From Promethearchaeota archaeon (GTDB lineage: Archaea > Asgardarchaeota > Lokiarchaeia > Sigyniarchaeales > SOKP01), in assembly GCA_048939995.1 (NCBI GenBank), contig JBHLOY010000001.1, positions 462,449 through 526,448 on the forward strand: a DNA stretch of 64,000 bases, read 5' to 3'. Below are positions 20,449 through 30,158 of the stretch, one piece after another (position 1 is the first letter of the stretch; each line of letters starts with the position of its first letter). A program made the position numbers and the translations under genes. The notes below the pieces were generated by a model. That model was not told the DNA's origin. It worked only from the letters and a program-made list of their open reading frames with translations, and made no database searches.

Positions 20449-21129
20449 ATGTCAATTCTCAAGTACCAACTATTCGGAAAAAACTCAGTTGGAGTCTATC
20501 TTTCTGTTAATAACATATTTGGACTATACCCTTCCACATTATTAAATTTTGCAATTAAAAAAATTAAATCAGCTTTTAAAGAACCGTTTTTCCCTATATC
20601 CATTAATAATTCTACCCTTTTAGGAGTGTATCTTGCTAGTAACAAATATGGAATTGTTGTACCTCATATCGTTAGAGACGATGAGCTTAACAATTTAACC
20701 AAATTTGCCATAAATCTTAAAGATGATTACCAAATAGGGACAATAAAATCGATAGATAACGCTTTTGGAAATTTGATTTTATGTAATGATAAAGGTGCTA
20801 TTATTAGTTCCCTATTAAAAGATTTTAAACATGAAATAGAGAATATTTTAAATGTTGAAAGCGAAATTTTTGAATTTACAAACAATTATTTACCCGGATC
20901 AATTGGATTGGCTAATAATAATGGTTGCGTTGTACATCCATTGACCAATGACAAAGAGATAGAGCAAATTTCTTCAATCTTGAGGGTAAGTGAAGTAGAT
21001 GTATCCACAGTTAATAGGGGAATTCCATATTTGTCATCAGGAGCTACAGTGAATGATTATAGTGGTATTTTTGGATTAGCTTGCACTGGACCAGAATTGA
21101 TGCGTATGACAGATATTCTGGGGCTCTAG
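20449..21129 (+). CDS. eif6: Translation initiation factor 6
   Basis: GNLILCNDKGA, NNNGCVVHP, TVNRG and TGPEL motifs. Confidence 0.95.
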   Translation: MSILKYQLFGKNSVGVYLSVNNIFGLYPSTLLNFAIKKIKSAFKEPFFPISINNSTLLGVYLASNKYGIVVPHIVRDDELNNLTKFAINLKDDYQIGTIKSIDNAFGNLILCNDKGAIISSLLKDFKHEIENILNVESEIFEFTNNYLPGSIGLANNNGCVVHPLTNDKEIEQISSILRVSEVDVSTVNRGIPYLSSGATVNDYSGIFGLACTGPELMRMTDILGL

Positions 21130-21138
21130 GCCCCAGAA
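21116..21138 (+). other. Perfect 9-bp GC-rich hairpin with the eif6 TAG stop in its loop
   Basis: TTCTGGGGC-TCTAG-GCCCCAGAA. Confidence 0.6.
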
Positions 21139-21289
21139 AGGTTAATTTTTGACTATTAATAGTTATTAGCTATTAAAAATTCGCGAGTTATTAAGAGGCA
21201 ATTTCTCTTAATTATTCAAAAAGCAAAAATTTAATATTTTCAAAATAATTTTTACCATTAATCTCGTTAATATTTGGGTTTAAAATTTC

Positions 21290-21517
21290 ATGTCAGAGAT
21301 TAAAATTTATCGAATTATTGGCACTTATTATAAATATCATAAGAAATATTTGTTTCGAAAAGAAGTTCGAGCATTAAAAGAGGAGGATGCTCTCGAAAAA
21401 GCCTTAAGTCAAATTACTTCTATAGGGATTCTTAGAAGACAAATAAAAATCAATGAGATAAAAGAGATTCCTCCAGAAGAAGCACAAGATTACCTTATTC
21501 GTGAATTATCTCAATAA
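21290..21517 (+). CDS. rpl18a: 50S ribosomal protein L18Ae/LX
   Basis: KIYRIIG, FRKEVRA..E.DALEK and RRQIKI.EI motifs; conserved synteny. Confidence 0.9.
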   Translation: MSEIKIYRIIGTYYKYHKKYLFRKEVRALKEEDALEKALSQITSIGILRRQIKINEIKEIPPEEAQDYLIRELSQ

Positions 21518-21540
21518 ATTATTATAAATGGTTTAATCAA

Positions 21541-21963
21541 ATGGAAAGTAATCAGAATTTAGAAAATCAATTATATCAATTTAGGCTTATTAAAGAACAA
21601 CGTGAAATGTTCCAAGGTCAACTGGAAATCATTAATGCTTCATTAGGGAACTTATTAAATACAAAAAATACCCTTCAAAATATTAAAGAGGGTGTAAAAG
21701 AAAATGATGAAATGATTATTCCAATAGGAGGTTTAGTTGGAATAAAAGCTTCAATTCAAGACACCGAAAAAACTCTCTTATTTATTGGAAATGACAGTGT
21801 AATCGAAAAAGATATCGATGATTCTATTACATTTATTGAAAAATTAATTGAGCAACATAATGAACAAATAAAGACATTGACAGAAAGAATTCAAAAATTA
21901 GATTTTACTATTCAGGGAATGAGCCAATCCATTCAAGAGAGTTATTCAGGGAGGAGAGGTTAA
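21541..21963 (+). CDS. pfdA: Prefoldin alpha subunit
   Basis: Coiled coils flanking a beta-hairpin (EMIIPIGG...IG...IEK); synteny. Confidence 0.92.
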   Translation: MESNQNLENQLYQFRLIKEQREMFQGQLEIINASLGNLLNTKNTLQNIKEGVKENDEMIIPIGGLVGIKASIQDTEKTLLFIGNDSVIEKDIDDSITFIEKLIEQHNEQIKTLTERIQKLDFTIQGMSQSIQESYSGRRG

Positions 21964-21997
21964 TAAACATTAATTATGCCTTCTAATGTATATTTAA

Positions 21998-22915
21998 GTG
22001 AACATACCGATGCTTGAACAATTAAAGAATGCATTTTCTAGTTTTATAAAGAAATCCTTATCTGATGAGAAAATTGATGATACTCTAAATGAGTTAAAAT
22101 TACTTCTCATAAGTAATGATGTTGCAGCTGAAACTGCTAATGAATTATGTAATAGTATTAAGAACTCGTTAAGCGGAGAACAAATCGGAAGATTCTCTTC
22201 AAAAAAGAAATATCTATTTGAAGTATTGAAGAATGTGATCACAGATGTATTGACTCCCGACCAAGATATCAATCTTCTAGACGAAATTAAGAACAGTGTA
22301 GAAAAAAATTTGCCTTATATAATAGTTTTTCTTGGTGTTAATGGAACTGGAAAAACTACGACTATTGCAAAAATAGCCTATTATTTAAAAAGGAATAATA
22401 TATCTTCTGTTGCTGCTGCTGCAGATACTTTTCGAGCGGCGGCTATAGAACAATTAATCTATCATATGGATAAAGTCGGAATTAGAGTTATTAAACATAA
22501 TTACAAATCTGATCCTGCAAGTGTTGCGTTTGATGCAATTCAGCATGCTATAGCGAAAGGAGTTAATGTAGTATTAATAGATACTGCTGGAAGGCAAGTT
22601 AGTAATAAAAACTTAATGACAGAAATGCAAAAAATTGTTAGAATTGCTCAACCAAACTTAATCGTTTTTGTAGGGGATAGCTTGGCTGGAAATGATGCTC
22701 TAATTCAAGCTAAAGAATTTAAAAATAAAGTCGGAATAAATGCTAACATTTTGACTAAACTGGATGCAGATGCAAAAGGAGGAGCAGCATTATCTATAGC
22801 TTTTGAAACAAAGAAACCAATAATCTTTGTAGGAACAGGACAAAATTATGATGATTTAAAACCTTTTAAAAAAGAATTCTTTATCTCCAATATTCTGGAC
22901 TTAAATGAAAATTAA
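21998..22915 (+). CDS. ftsY: Signal recognition particle receptor FtsY
   Basis: GVNGTGKTT, DTFRAAA, DTAGR, TKLDADAKGG and GTGQ motifs; true start may be ATG at 22010. Confidence 0.97.
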   Translation: MNIPMLEQLKNAFSSFIKKSLSDEKIDDTLNELKLLLISNDVAAETANELCNSIKNSLSGEQIGRFSSKKKYLFEVLKNVITDVLTPDQDINLLDEIKNSVEKNLPYIIVFLGVNGTGKTTTIAKIAYYLKRNNISSVAAAADTFRAAAIEQLIYHMDKVGIRVIKHNYKSDPASVAFDAIQHAIAKGVNVVLIDTAGRQVSNKNLMTEMQKIVRIAQPNLIVFVGDSLAGNDALIQAKEFKNKVGINANILTKLDADAKGGAALSIAFETKKPIIFVGTGQNYDDLKPFKKEFFISNILDLNEN

Positions 22916-22970
22916 GCAGAATATTTTCCATATTAGTTAACTTTTTTAAATATTTAGTTTTAATTTATTT

Positions 22971-23225
22971 GTGTCAAAACAATACCCTAAATATGATAAA
23001 TACGAAAAATTTGACAAAAAGAAGAAGCCTAGTTTATATGAACGATTTGGTATATTTTTTCGTAATGCTAAAAGAGTCCTAAAAGTAGCAAACAAGCCTG
23101 GACGAAAAGATTATTTTCTTGTATTCAAGATATGCCTTATTGGATTAGTGCTTTTAGGTGCTGTCTCATGGGTAATTCAATTAATTTTTACGCTTGTTAA
23201 CGATGCGCTAGGAATTGGAAGCTAG
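22971..23225 (+). CDS. secE: Protein translocase SecE/Sec61-gamma
   Basis: RVLKVANKP motif followed by a single C-terminal TM helix; follows ftsY. Confidence 0.9.
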   Translation: MSKQYPKYDKYEKFDKKKKPSLYERFGIFFRNAKRVLKVANKPGRKDYFLVFKICLIGLVLLGAVSWVIQLIFTLVNDALGIGS

Positions 23226-23266
23226 GAATTGGCAACGTTTAATATTTTTATCTCTTTTTCATAATT

Positions 23267-23689
23267 ATGCAAGTAAAATTAAATCATCAAGAAAATCTCC
23301 ACTTTAAAGCATCAGTTAGAAATTTTGAAAATTTTGATCTAGATGAGCCGAAATCTTTTCATGGTACAGATTTTGGACCTAGTCCTGTTGAATATCTATT
23401 AATTGGGATTGGAGGGTGCCTTGGAAGTTCTTTTATGTATTGTTTAATCAAGAATGCAATTAAGATCACGAATTTGGAAATAGTTATAGAGGGGAAAATA
23501 AAGCATGTTAGTCCAAGTTTAAGATTGAAGTTGGTGGGAGTTGATATTAAAATTTTATATGGATTAGAAGATAAATCGTTTAAAGAGAAAACTATGAGAT
23601 GTATAAATGAATTTAAGCAACATTGTGTGGTTTCAGATTCTCTAATAAATGGTATCTCATTAAATATTGATTGTAAAGAATTATTTTAA
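23267..23689 (+). CDS. OsmC family protein
   Basis: DEP...GTD.GPSPVEYLL..GGC and CVVSDSL motifs. Confidence 0.9.
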   Translation: MQVKLNHQENLHFKASVRNFENFDLDEPKSFHGTDFGPSPVEYLLIGIGGCLGSSFMYCLIKNAIKITNLEIVIEGKIKHVSPSLRLKLVGVDIKILYGLEDKSFKEKTMRCINEFKQHCVVSDSLINGISLNIDCKELF

Positions 23690-23697
23690 GGATAAAT

Positions 23698-24925
23698 CTA
23701 AAATTGATAAATAATTATTTGATCTGGAATTATCAATTCTTCTTCTTTGTTTTTACAAGCGATAAATTTTATTTTCATTTTTAATGCTTCCGAAAGAAGA
23801 CGTTTGGTTAAGATCCCATCAATAATTAAATATTCAGTTTTATTATATTTTATAATCTCTTCAAATAATTCTTTGACAGGGATTTCAAATAATTTTTCTA
23901 GTTTATTGTTATATCCTATGCTATAATCGGGTGGAATTGTATCTAGGGCATCAATAATTATATTTTGGTTTTTAATTTTAAGCTTTTTAAGGAGTTTAGT
24001 AATCAAGGTTTCTGCAGGTTTTTTTTCCTTAGCTGAGGGGATTGTTTCTGATTTCTCTAAAGGTTCTGTTGTAGATCTTTTATTTTGAAGGGACTTTATC
24101 AATTGCTTCCTTGTTAATTCTTCTACTTCATAACCCTCAGGTGCTCGAGCAATAAAATCAACTTTTACTAGTTGCATTAATTCTTTTATAATTAGTTCAC
24201 CCCCACGATCTCCATCAGAGAAGATAATTATTGACTTTTTTTGTTTTGCTAAGTCTATTACAGATTTTGGGATATGAGTTCCTTGAACCGCTATACTATT
24301 TTTTATACCTATTCTTAATAAGTTTAGTACGTCTGCACGGCCCTCTACAATGATAAGTTCGTCGTTGCTATCGACTTCTGGTCCTGCAGGTAGTCCTTCA
24401 GGCCCCCATTTTATTATTTCGCCAAGTTTAATATCTGTATCTATCTTTTCTTCAATTTCACTAGGTTCGAGCGATTTTTGATCCCATTCTTTTAATAATT
24501 CTGCTGCTCGTTCAATAATTTTTTTGCGTTTGGTTTCTCTTACATCTCTAATTTCAATTAGTTTGATTTGGGCTTCACATGGTCCTACGCGAGTAACAGT
24601 TTCAACTGTCGCCGCCAATAATGCTGTCTCCTTTCTAGTTAATGAGGATGGAATTTTAATAATGCCTATTGAAAGGCCCTCTTTGGATTCATTTTCTACT
24701 TCAATCCTTCCAATTCGTCCTGATTTTTGAAGATCTCTTAAATCAAGATCTAAAAGGAGACCCTCGGTTTAGCCGATTGAGCCGAACTGGCTTTTTTTAT
24801 CTTTGACCAAATATGGCGCCGACTATATCGCTCTTTTCAACCACTCCTTTAATTTCAAATTTAGCTTCAATAATATATTTTGTAGTAAAATCTACTTGAT
24901 TATTGGTAATCTTGATCACTTCCAT
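23698..24925 (-). CDS. dnaG: Archaeal DnaG (primase-like exosome subunit), two exons 24925-24803 and 24768-23698, 397 aa after splicing
   Basis: Exon 1 MEVIKITNNQVDFTTKYIIEAKFEIKGVVEKSDIVGAIFGQ joins exon 2 TEGLLLDLDLRDLQKSGRIGRIEV...; TOPRIM motifs IIVEGRADV and DGDRGG. Confidence 0.92.
24769..24802 (-). other. Putative 34-nt bulge-helix-bulge-type mRNA intron in dnaG
   Basis: AGATAAAAAAAGCCAGTTCGGCTCAATCGGCTAA; central helix GGUC/GGCU, two AA^A bulges, inner helix GAU/AUC; removal gives GGT CAA ACC GAG. Confidence 0.8.
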
Positions 24926-25387
24926 ATTTTATTATTAAATTTTATTAAATTCTGATGAGATAATTATGATTTTAAACAATATCAAAAATTTTAAATCGAT
25001 TTAGTTTTACTTAATAGCTTTTTAATGAGAAATCATCAAAAAATAAATGATCATATTAATTAAATAATTCTTTCAATATATTTTTTGCTGAGTGATAACA
25101 TCCTCATAGGATGTAATTTCTTAAATTAAAACTTTAAAACTTTATTGATGAGTTTTTATTGGAATAATAATCTTTTGAAAAGAATTTCAAAGATAAATAA
25201 AAAAAAGATTAAGTTCAGATTGATCACTTCAGTTGGTCGTTTTTATTTCTACTTCGAAAAAAAAAATTCTGATTTTAATGGAAAAATTATTTTTTTTCCT
25301 AAAGAATTCTAAACTATAAATTTGTGAGAATTAAAATTCTAACAATAATATTACTTAATTGCCTTCATTATTTTAGAGGATTTAAGA

Positions 25388-26416
25388 ATGATTGAGAAAA
25401 TTATTGTGTTTGGAGGCAAAGGTGGGGTTGGAAAAAGTTCAATTAGCGCAGCAACTGCTGTTAGACTATCAGAATTACTCCCTGGAAAAAGAATTTTATT
25501 AATTTCATTTGATATAGCTCATAATCTATCGGATATTTTTGGAACGTCTATAAATAGTGAAATATCCCCAATTACGGCTAACTTGTGGGCGATTGAACCG
25601 GATCCAGATCTGTATGCTGAAGTATATACAAAGGATTTAGTAGAAAAAATGAAAACTTTGACAAAGCAAATGCCCATAATTGGAAGTTTACCCCAGATTG
25701 ATAAGTTTATTAATACAACTTTTACGTCTGATTCCATCCCACTAGCTTTAAAAAATGCAATGTTTTTCCAGAAATTACTAGATGCTGAAGATATCAATAC
25801 TCAAGACATCCATTTTGATATTATTGTAGCGGATTTTCCTCCTACAGGAAATATGGTTGCCCTTTTTGAAATTCCTGAAGATCAAGTAAAAGTTGTTCTT
25901 AAATATTCTTTAAATTTTTATAATTCAATCAAGAGCGCAATTAGGAATCTGTCGAAAATGTTTAGACAAATAATTAAACCATTTGATAATGGGACTTATG
26001 AAATGAGAAGGGAATTGGGAAAAGATATATTCAATATGATTGTAGAACTTGAAAAAAGAGGAGAGAGAATAAGTGAATTAATTCATAAAGTAGGATCCTT
26101 AAGATTAGTAACAATTGCAGAGCGTCCTAGTTTTGAAGAAGTAAAAAGAGCACGCGATTTGACCAAAAGATATATTTCCCTCCATGCAGTTCATATAAAT
26201 ATGATTACCCCTAAAGCGAAACGATGTGAATTTTGTAATATATTACGAGAAAATCAGCTAAAATTTATCGCAGAAATTAAAGAAGAATTTAAAAATATAA
26301 AAATTTGGGAATCAAATCGTCTTATTGAGGAACCAATTGGAATAGAAGGAATTAAAAAGTTAGCAGTAGAAATATATGGATCTGCCATAGCAGATGATAT
26401 ACTAAATCCAATTTAA
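25388..26416 (+). CDS. ArsA/GET3 family ATPase
   Basis: GGKGGVGKS, D.AHNLSD, D.PPTG and C-terminal CEFC motifs. Confidence 0.9.
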   Translation: MIEKIIVFGGKGGVGKSSISAATAVRLSELLPGKRILLISFDIAHNLSDIFGTSINSEISPITANLWAIEPDPDLYAEVYTKDLVEKMKTLTKQMPIIGSLPQIDKFINTTFTSDSIPLALKNAMFFQKLLDAEDINTQDIHFDIIVADFPPTGNMVALFEIPEDQVKVVLKYSLNFYNSIKSAIRNLSKMFRQIIKPFDNGTYEMRRELGKDIFNMIVELEKRGERISELIHKVGSLRLVTIAERPSFEEVKRARDLTKRYISLHAVHINMITPKAKRCEFCNILRENQLKFIAEIKEEFKNIKIWESNRLIEEPIGIEGIKKLAVEIYGSAIADDILNPI

Positions 26417-26584
26417 AGAGGAAAAAAATTAATAATAAAATTTTTTTTAGCGTATTATAAGGCAATAAGTATTGAAGATATGTTAAACAACATCCATAAA
26501 GGAAGTTAGAAATTTTTAAGCCCCTTTTTTTATTATATGAAGCTTTCATTATAACTTAAGTAATTATAAAAAACGCTTCTAATA

Positions 26585-27427
26585 ATGCCAAAAAATAAAT
26601 TTGGAATTTATATTGCTAATTATGGTATAACTAATGATCCTCAAGATTATATTGATTTAGCAATTTTAGGTGAGAATAATGGGTGGGATGGGTTTTTCTT
26701 ATGGGATCATATCTTTTTATCCTCCAATAAAACGCAACCATTTTTAGATCCATGGATTATTTTATCAGTAGTTGCAGTAAAAACAAAAAGAATTAAATTA
26801 GGAACAACAGTCACTCCTTTAGCAAGAAGAAGACCATGGATAGTTGCAAAAGAAGTAAGTACTCTTGATCAATTATCAAAAGGAAGAATGATTTTAGGAG
26901 TTGGTTTAGGAATTGATTCAGACTTTGGTGATTTTGGAGAAAATACTGATCGATTAATCAGGAGTGAAAAACTGGATGAATCTTTGCATATTTTAAAAGG
27001 TTTATGGGCTAATAAGCCCTTTAGATTTAAAGGAAAGCATTTTAATATTAAAGAAGTAGAATTCTTTCCAAAACCTTTTCAAAACACTATTCCGATTTGG
27101 GTTGGTGGGACTTGGCCCATTAAGAAACCTTTTCAGAGGGCAGCCCAATATGATGGTGTATTTCCACTTAAATCAGGTGAAGACTCTTTATCCCCTATTG
27201 ATTACAGAGAAATTATAAAATACATAAATAAATATAGGAGTTCCTCTGATTCTTATGATATTATTAAATCTATTTACTCAACAGGTATAAAAGAAGAAGA
27301 TGAATGGATTAATGATTATCTCAATGTGGGGATAAGTTGGTTTGTTGAAGCAATATGGCCTGGACGTGATTCATCATTAGACAATATTAAAAAAATTATA
27401 TCTCGAGGACCACCTCTAATTAATTGA
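26585..27427 (+). CDS. LLM-class flavin-dependent oxidoreductase
   Basis: GWDGFFLWDH, DPW, TLDQLSKGR..LGVGLG and IPIWVGG motifs. Confidence 0.92.
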   Translation: MPKNKFGIYIANYGITNDPQDYIDLAILGENNGWDGFFLWDHIFLSSNKTQPFLDPWIILSVVAVKTKRIKLGTTVTPLARRRPWIVAKEVSTLDQLSKGRMILGVGLGIDSDFGDFGENTDRLIRSEKLDESLHILKGLWANKPFRFKGKHFNIKEVEFFPKPFQNTIPIWVGGTWPIKKPFQRAAQYDGVFPLKSGEDSLSPIDYREIIKYINKYRSSSDSYDIIKSIYSTGIKEEDEWINDYLNVGISWFVEAIWPGRDSSLDNIKKIISRGPPLIN

Positions 27428-27802
27428 ATTTATAAATTCAGCGAATTTATTAAGAAATCTAATTTTAAATCCTTCAATAAAACTAGTATTTCTGAAGTTG
27501 AGGATAAAAAAGTAAATATTTTTGAATCTATCGCAAAACCCAAGAAAATAACAGAAGAAGAAGCATCAATTTCCAAAGAAAAAAAAATATTTTTGGTTTG
27601 CAAGAGCAAGATTCTGGGTTTTACTTTTATCTGTCGAGATTGTGAATCTTTTTACTGCGAAAAATGTTATCAAGCTCTAATACAACTTGAAAATGCGTGT
27701 TGGGCTTGTGATAAACCGTTTGATACATCCAAACCTTCAGTACCATTTAAAAAAGAAGAAGATATTAAAGAAGAAATAGAAACTATAAAACAAAAGAAAT
27801 AG
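27428..27802 (+). pseudogene. Probable remnant encoding a C-terminal Cys-rich Zn-finger module
   Basis: KPKKITEEEASISKEKKIFLVC...CRDC..YCEKC..NACWAC; the first expected Cys is Phe and there is no convincing start. Confidence 0.5.
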
Positions 27803-27822
27803 AAGAAAAAATGAAAGAGGGG

Positions 27823-28458
27823 TTAGGGGTGAATTTCATTTTTCAATGATTCCATTAAACTGTGGAAATAATTCGCTTCTTTGGTTTTATACAATTGATA
27901 CCATGCTTCCAACGTTTCCGGCTTCATTACGCCGGTTTTTTTAAATATTTCATTTGCGAATTCAAGCGGTGCAAGGCCCGTAGCTGTTATCAAGTTACCA
28001 TCGATAACAGCGGGTTGATTTAAGTAGAACTCCTCTCCGGTATATTTTGGGCAAGTCATATTCATAAATTCTTTGTCGATGCTGGTGTGGTTTCTCTTAT
28101 TCAATAGCCCCTTGTTTGCCAGAGCAATTGTAGCTCCGCAAATTGCGGCAATTATCACATTCTTGTTTATTAAATCAGAAACGATATCCAATATTTTATT
28201 ATTACTCTCTTCCAACCAAGTGTCTGCTCCTGGTAAAATTAGTAAATCACCTTCTTTAAAGGTGATATCATCAACACTCTCATCAGGAGTAATAATAATT
28301 CCTCCCATTGTTTTTATGGGCTCTTTTGTGTTTCCAATTTTAATTAACTGTATAGGCGGTTTTGTTTTATCTAAATATCTACCGCTATTCAATTCAGCAG
28401 TGATATAACCAATTTCCCAATCTGCCAATGTGTTTAGTATATATAAATATGCGTTCAT
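27823..28458 (-). CDS. DJ-1/PfpI-like type 1 glutamine amidotransferase family protein
   Basis: LADWE, TMGG, LILPGA, AAICGAT and DGNLITA motifs. Confidence 0.92.
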   Translation of the reverse strand: MNAYLYILNTLADWEIGYITAELNSGRYLDKTKPPIQLIKIGNTKEPIKTMGGIIITPDESVDDITFKEGDLLILPGADTWLEESNNKILDIVSDLINKNVIIAAICGATIALANKGLLNKRNHTSIDKEFMNMTCPKYTGEEFYLNQPAVIDGNLITATGLAPLEFANEIFKKTGVMKPETLEAWYQLYKTKEANYFHSLMESLKNEIHP

Positions 28459-28752
28459 AAAATCTCCTATAGGTTTATGTTTATAAATTTATCGTTTTCT
28501 GTAGTGAAGCGAAGGAAAACACAAGATTATCCCCCTCCATAAATAAACAAAATTCTTTTTTATCTATCGGAACAAGTTAAAAAAAGCATAGCAATTAATC
28601 TTGAGAAGAAAATAGAAAAGGATTTAAGCAATTGGGCTGATAAATACCCTAAGTTAATCCCTAAATTACCAAATTATGCTAAATATATATTACCAAAGCA
28701 GATGAGAATTTATAAATACTTAAACTAAAAAAAATAGAAAAAAAAAACTTGA

Positions 28753-30030
28753 TTAGGTGCCTTCTTCGTAGCCATGGATGTAGTTATATTGTTCCTCGGT
28801 TAGTTTATCTATCTCAACGCCCATTGACTGAAGCTTTAGAAAGCCTACTCTATTGTCAATCTCGACAGGTACATCAACCATACCTGGTTTTAATGAGCCT
28901 CTGTTTTTGACGATATATTCAGACATTAAGGATTGAAGACCGAACGACATATCCATTACTTCAGCAGGATGCCCTTCGGAGAGCACTAAATTAGCTAATC
29001 TTCCCTTAGCAAGTAAATAAATTCTTTTATCATCAGGAAAAGTGATTTCTTCGACGTTACTTCTTATTGGCTTGATTTCTTTAGCGTATTCATAAATTTC
29101 CTTAGTTGGAATCTCAATGTCAAAATGTCCTAGATTACCTAAAATGACTCCATCTTTAAGAGCATCGAAGTTTTCTTTTGTAGGTAATATCACATGTTTG
29201 CATCCCGTCGCAGTTAAAATGATATCTGCGATGGGTAAAGCCTCTGAAATAGGCATAACTTGGTATCCTGCAAATTTAGCTTGGAGTGCTTTAATCGGAT
29301 CAATCTCAGTAACGATTACATTTGCACCCAAACCACGTGCTCTCAATGCCATCCCGCTACTGCAATGACCGAATCCTGCCACGATAACATTCTTACCAGC
29401 AAATAAAACGTGCATTCCATAAATTGCGGCTACGATGCCTTGCCCAGTTCCTAATTCATTGTCAAACTGATTTTTGCATCTCGCGTCGTTTACTGGGAAG
29501 AGTGGTACTTTTAAGTCCCCCCCTTTGTCCATTGCTCTAAATCGCTTAACTCCAGTTGTAGTTTCTTCTTGACAGCCAATAATAATCCCTTCAGTGATCA
29601 ACTCGGGAAATTCTTTATGTGCGGTTACTATCATATCTGCTCCATCATCAATCAAAATATTAGGTTTAGCACCTAAACATTGTCGAATGCACCAATAGAA
29701 TTCCTCATCAGTATTTCCGTGCCAAGCAAATACGTTTATACCTTCTTTTACCAATGCAGCTGCTACATCATCCTGAGTTGATAAGGGATTACTACCGCAT
29801 AGATAAACTTCAGCGCCTCCTGCTTTAAGAGTCCTTGCTAAATTTCCAGTTTCTTTAGTTATGTGTAAACATCCTGCAATTATTATACCTTCCAAGGGTT
29901 TTTCCTTTTGAAACCTTTCACGAATTACCTTAGCAGTGATAGGCATTTTACTTTCTGCTATATATAGTGCTTCCATCCCTTGATCAGCTAAATTTTCATC
30001 TGCAACTTTATAATTTACCATTTTAGTCAC
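28753..30030 (-). CDS. ahcY: Adenosylhomocysteinase
   Basis: CLH..KET, SNPLSTQD, EETTTG, GHFDIEI, GRLANL and GHPAEVMDMSF motifs. Confidence 0.97.
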   Translation of the reverse strand: MTKMVNYKVADENLADQGMEALYIAESKMPITAKVIRERFQKEKPLEGIIIAGCLHITKETGNLARTLKAGGAEVYLCGSNPLSTQDDVAAALVKEGINVFAWHGNTDEEFYWCIRQCLGAKPNILIDDGADMIVTAHKEFPELITEGIIIGCQEETTTGVKRFRAMDKGGDLKVPLFPVNDARCKNQFDNELGTGQGIVAAIYGMHVLFAGKNVIVAGFGHCSSGMALRARGLGANVIVTEIDPIKALQAKFAGYQVMPISEALPIADIILTATGCKHVILPTKENFDALKDGVILGNLGHFDIEIPTKEIYEYAKEIKPIRSNVEEITFPDDKRIYLLAKGRLANLVLSEGHPAEVMDMSFGLQSLMSEYIVKNRGSLKPGMVDVPVEIDNRVGFLKLQSMGVEIDKLTEEQYNYIHGYEEGT

Positions 30031-30158
30031 TTAAATATATGTATGAATATTAATTTTAATTAATTAATAAACCTTTTTTTGGTTGAGTGCAAATATTTTT
30101 ATAAATAAGTTTACATTTAATTAATAATAATCACATAATTTTGTAATATTGTAATTAT

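Noticed and set aside
21127-21159. Amber (pyrrolysine) readthrough of eif6
   Set aside because: The protein is already full length and the extension would stop after 9 codons.
23698-24618. ORF-track 306-aa DnaG starting at TTG 24618, or dnaG as a frameshifted pseudogene
   Set aside because: Conserved DnaG sequence continues 50 codons upstream and again beyond the 34-nt insert. Both parts are intact, and the insert has precise splice-motif geometry.
24790-24802. Programmed ribosomal frameshift on the A7 run in dnaG
   Set aside because: A TAA precedes most of the run in the exon 1 frame and another TAA blocks the exon 2 frame, and a frameshift would add residues inside an invariant motif.
28543-28728. 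About 60 open codons on the plus strand between the DJ-1-like gene and ahcY
   Set aside because: No start codon or SD and no recognisable motif.
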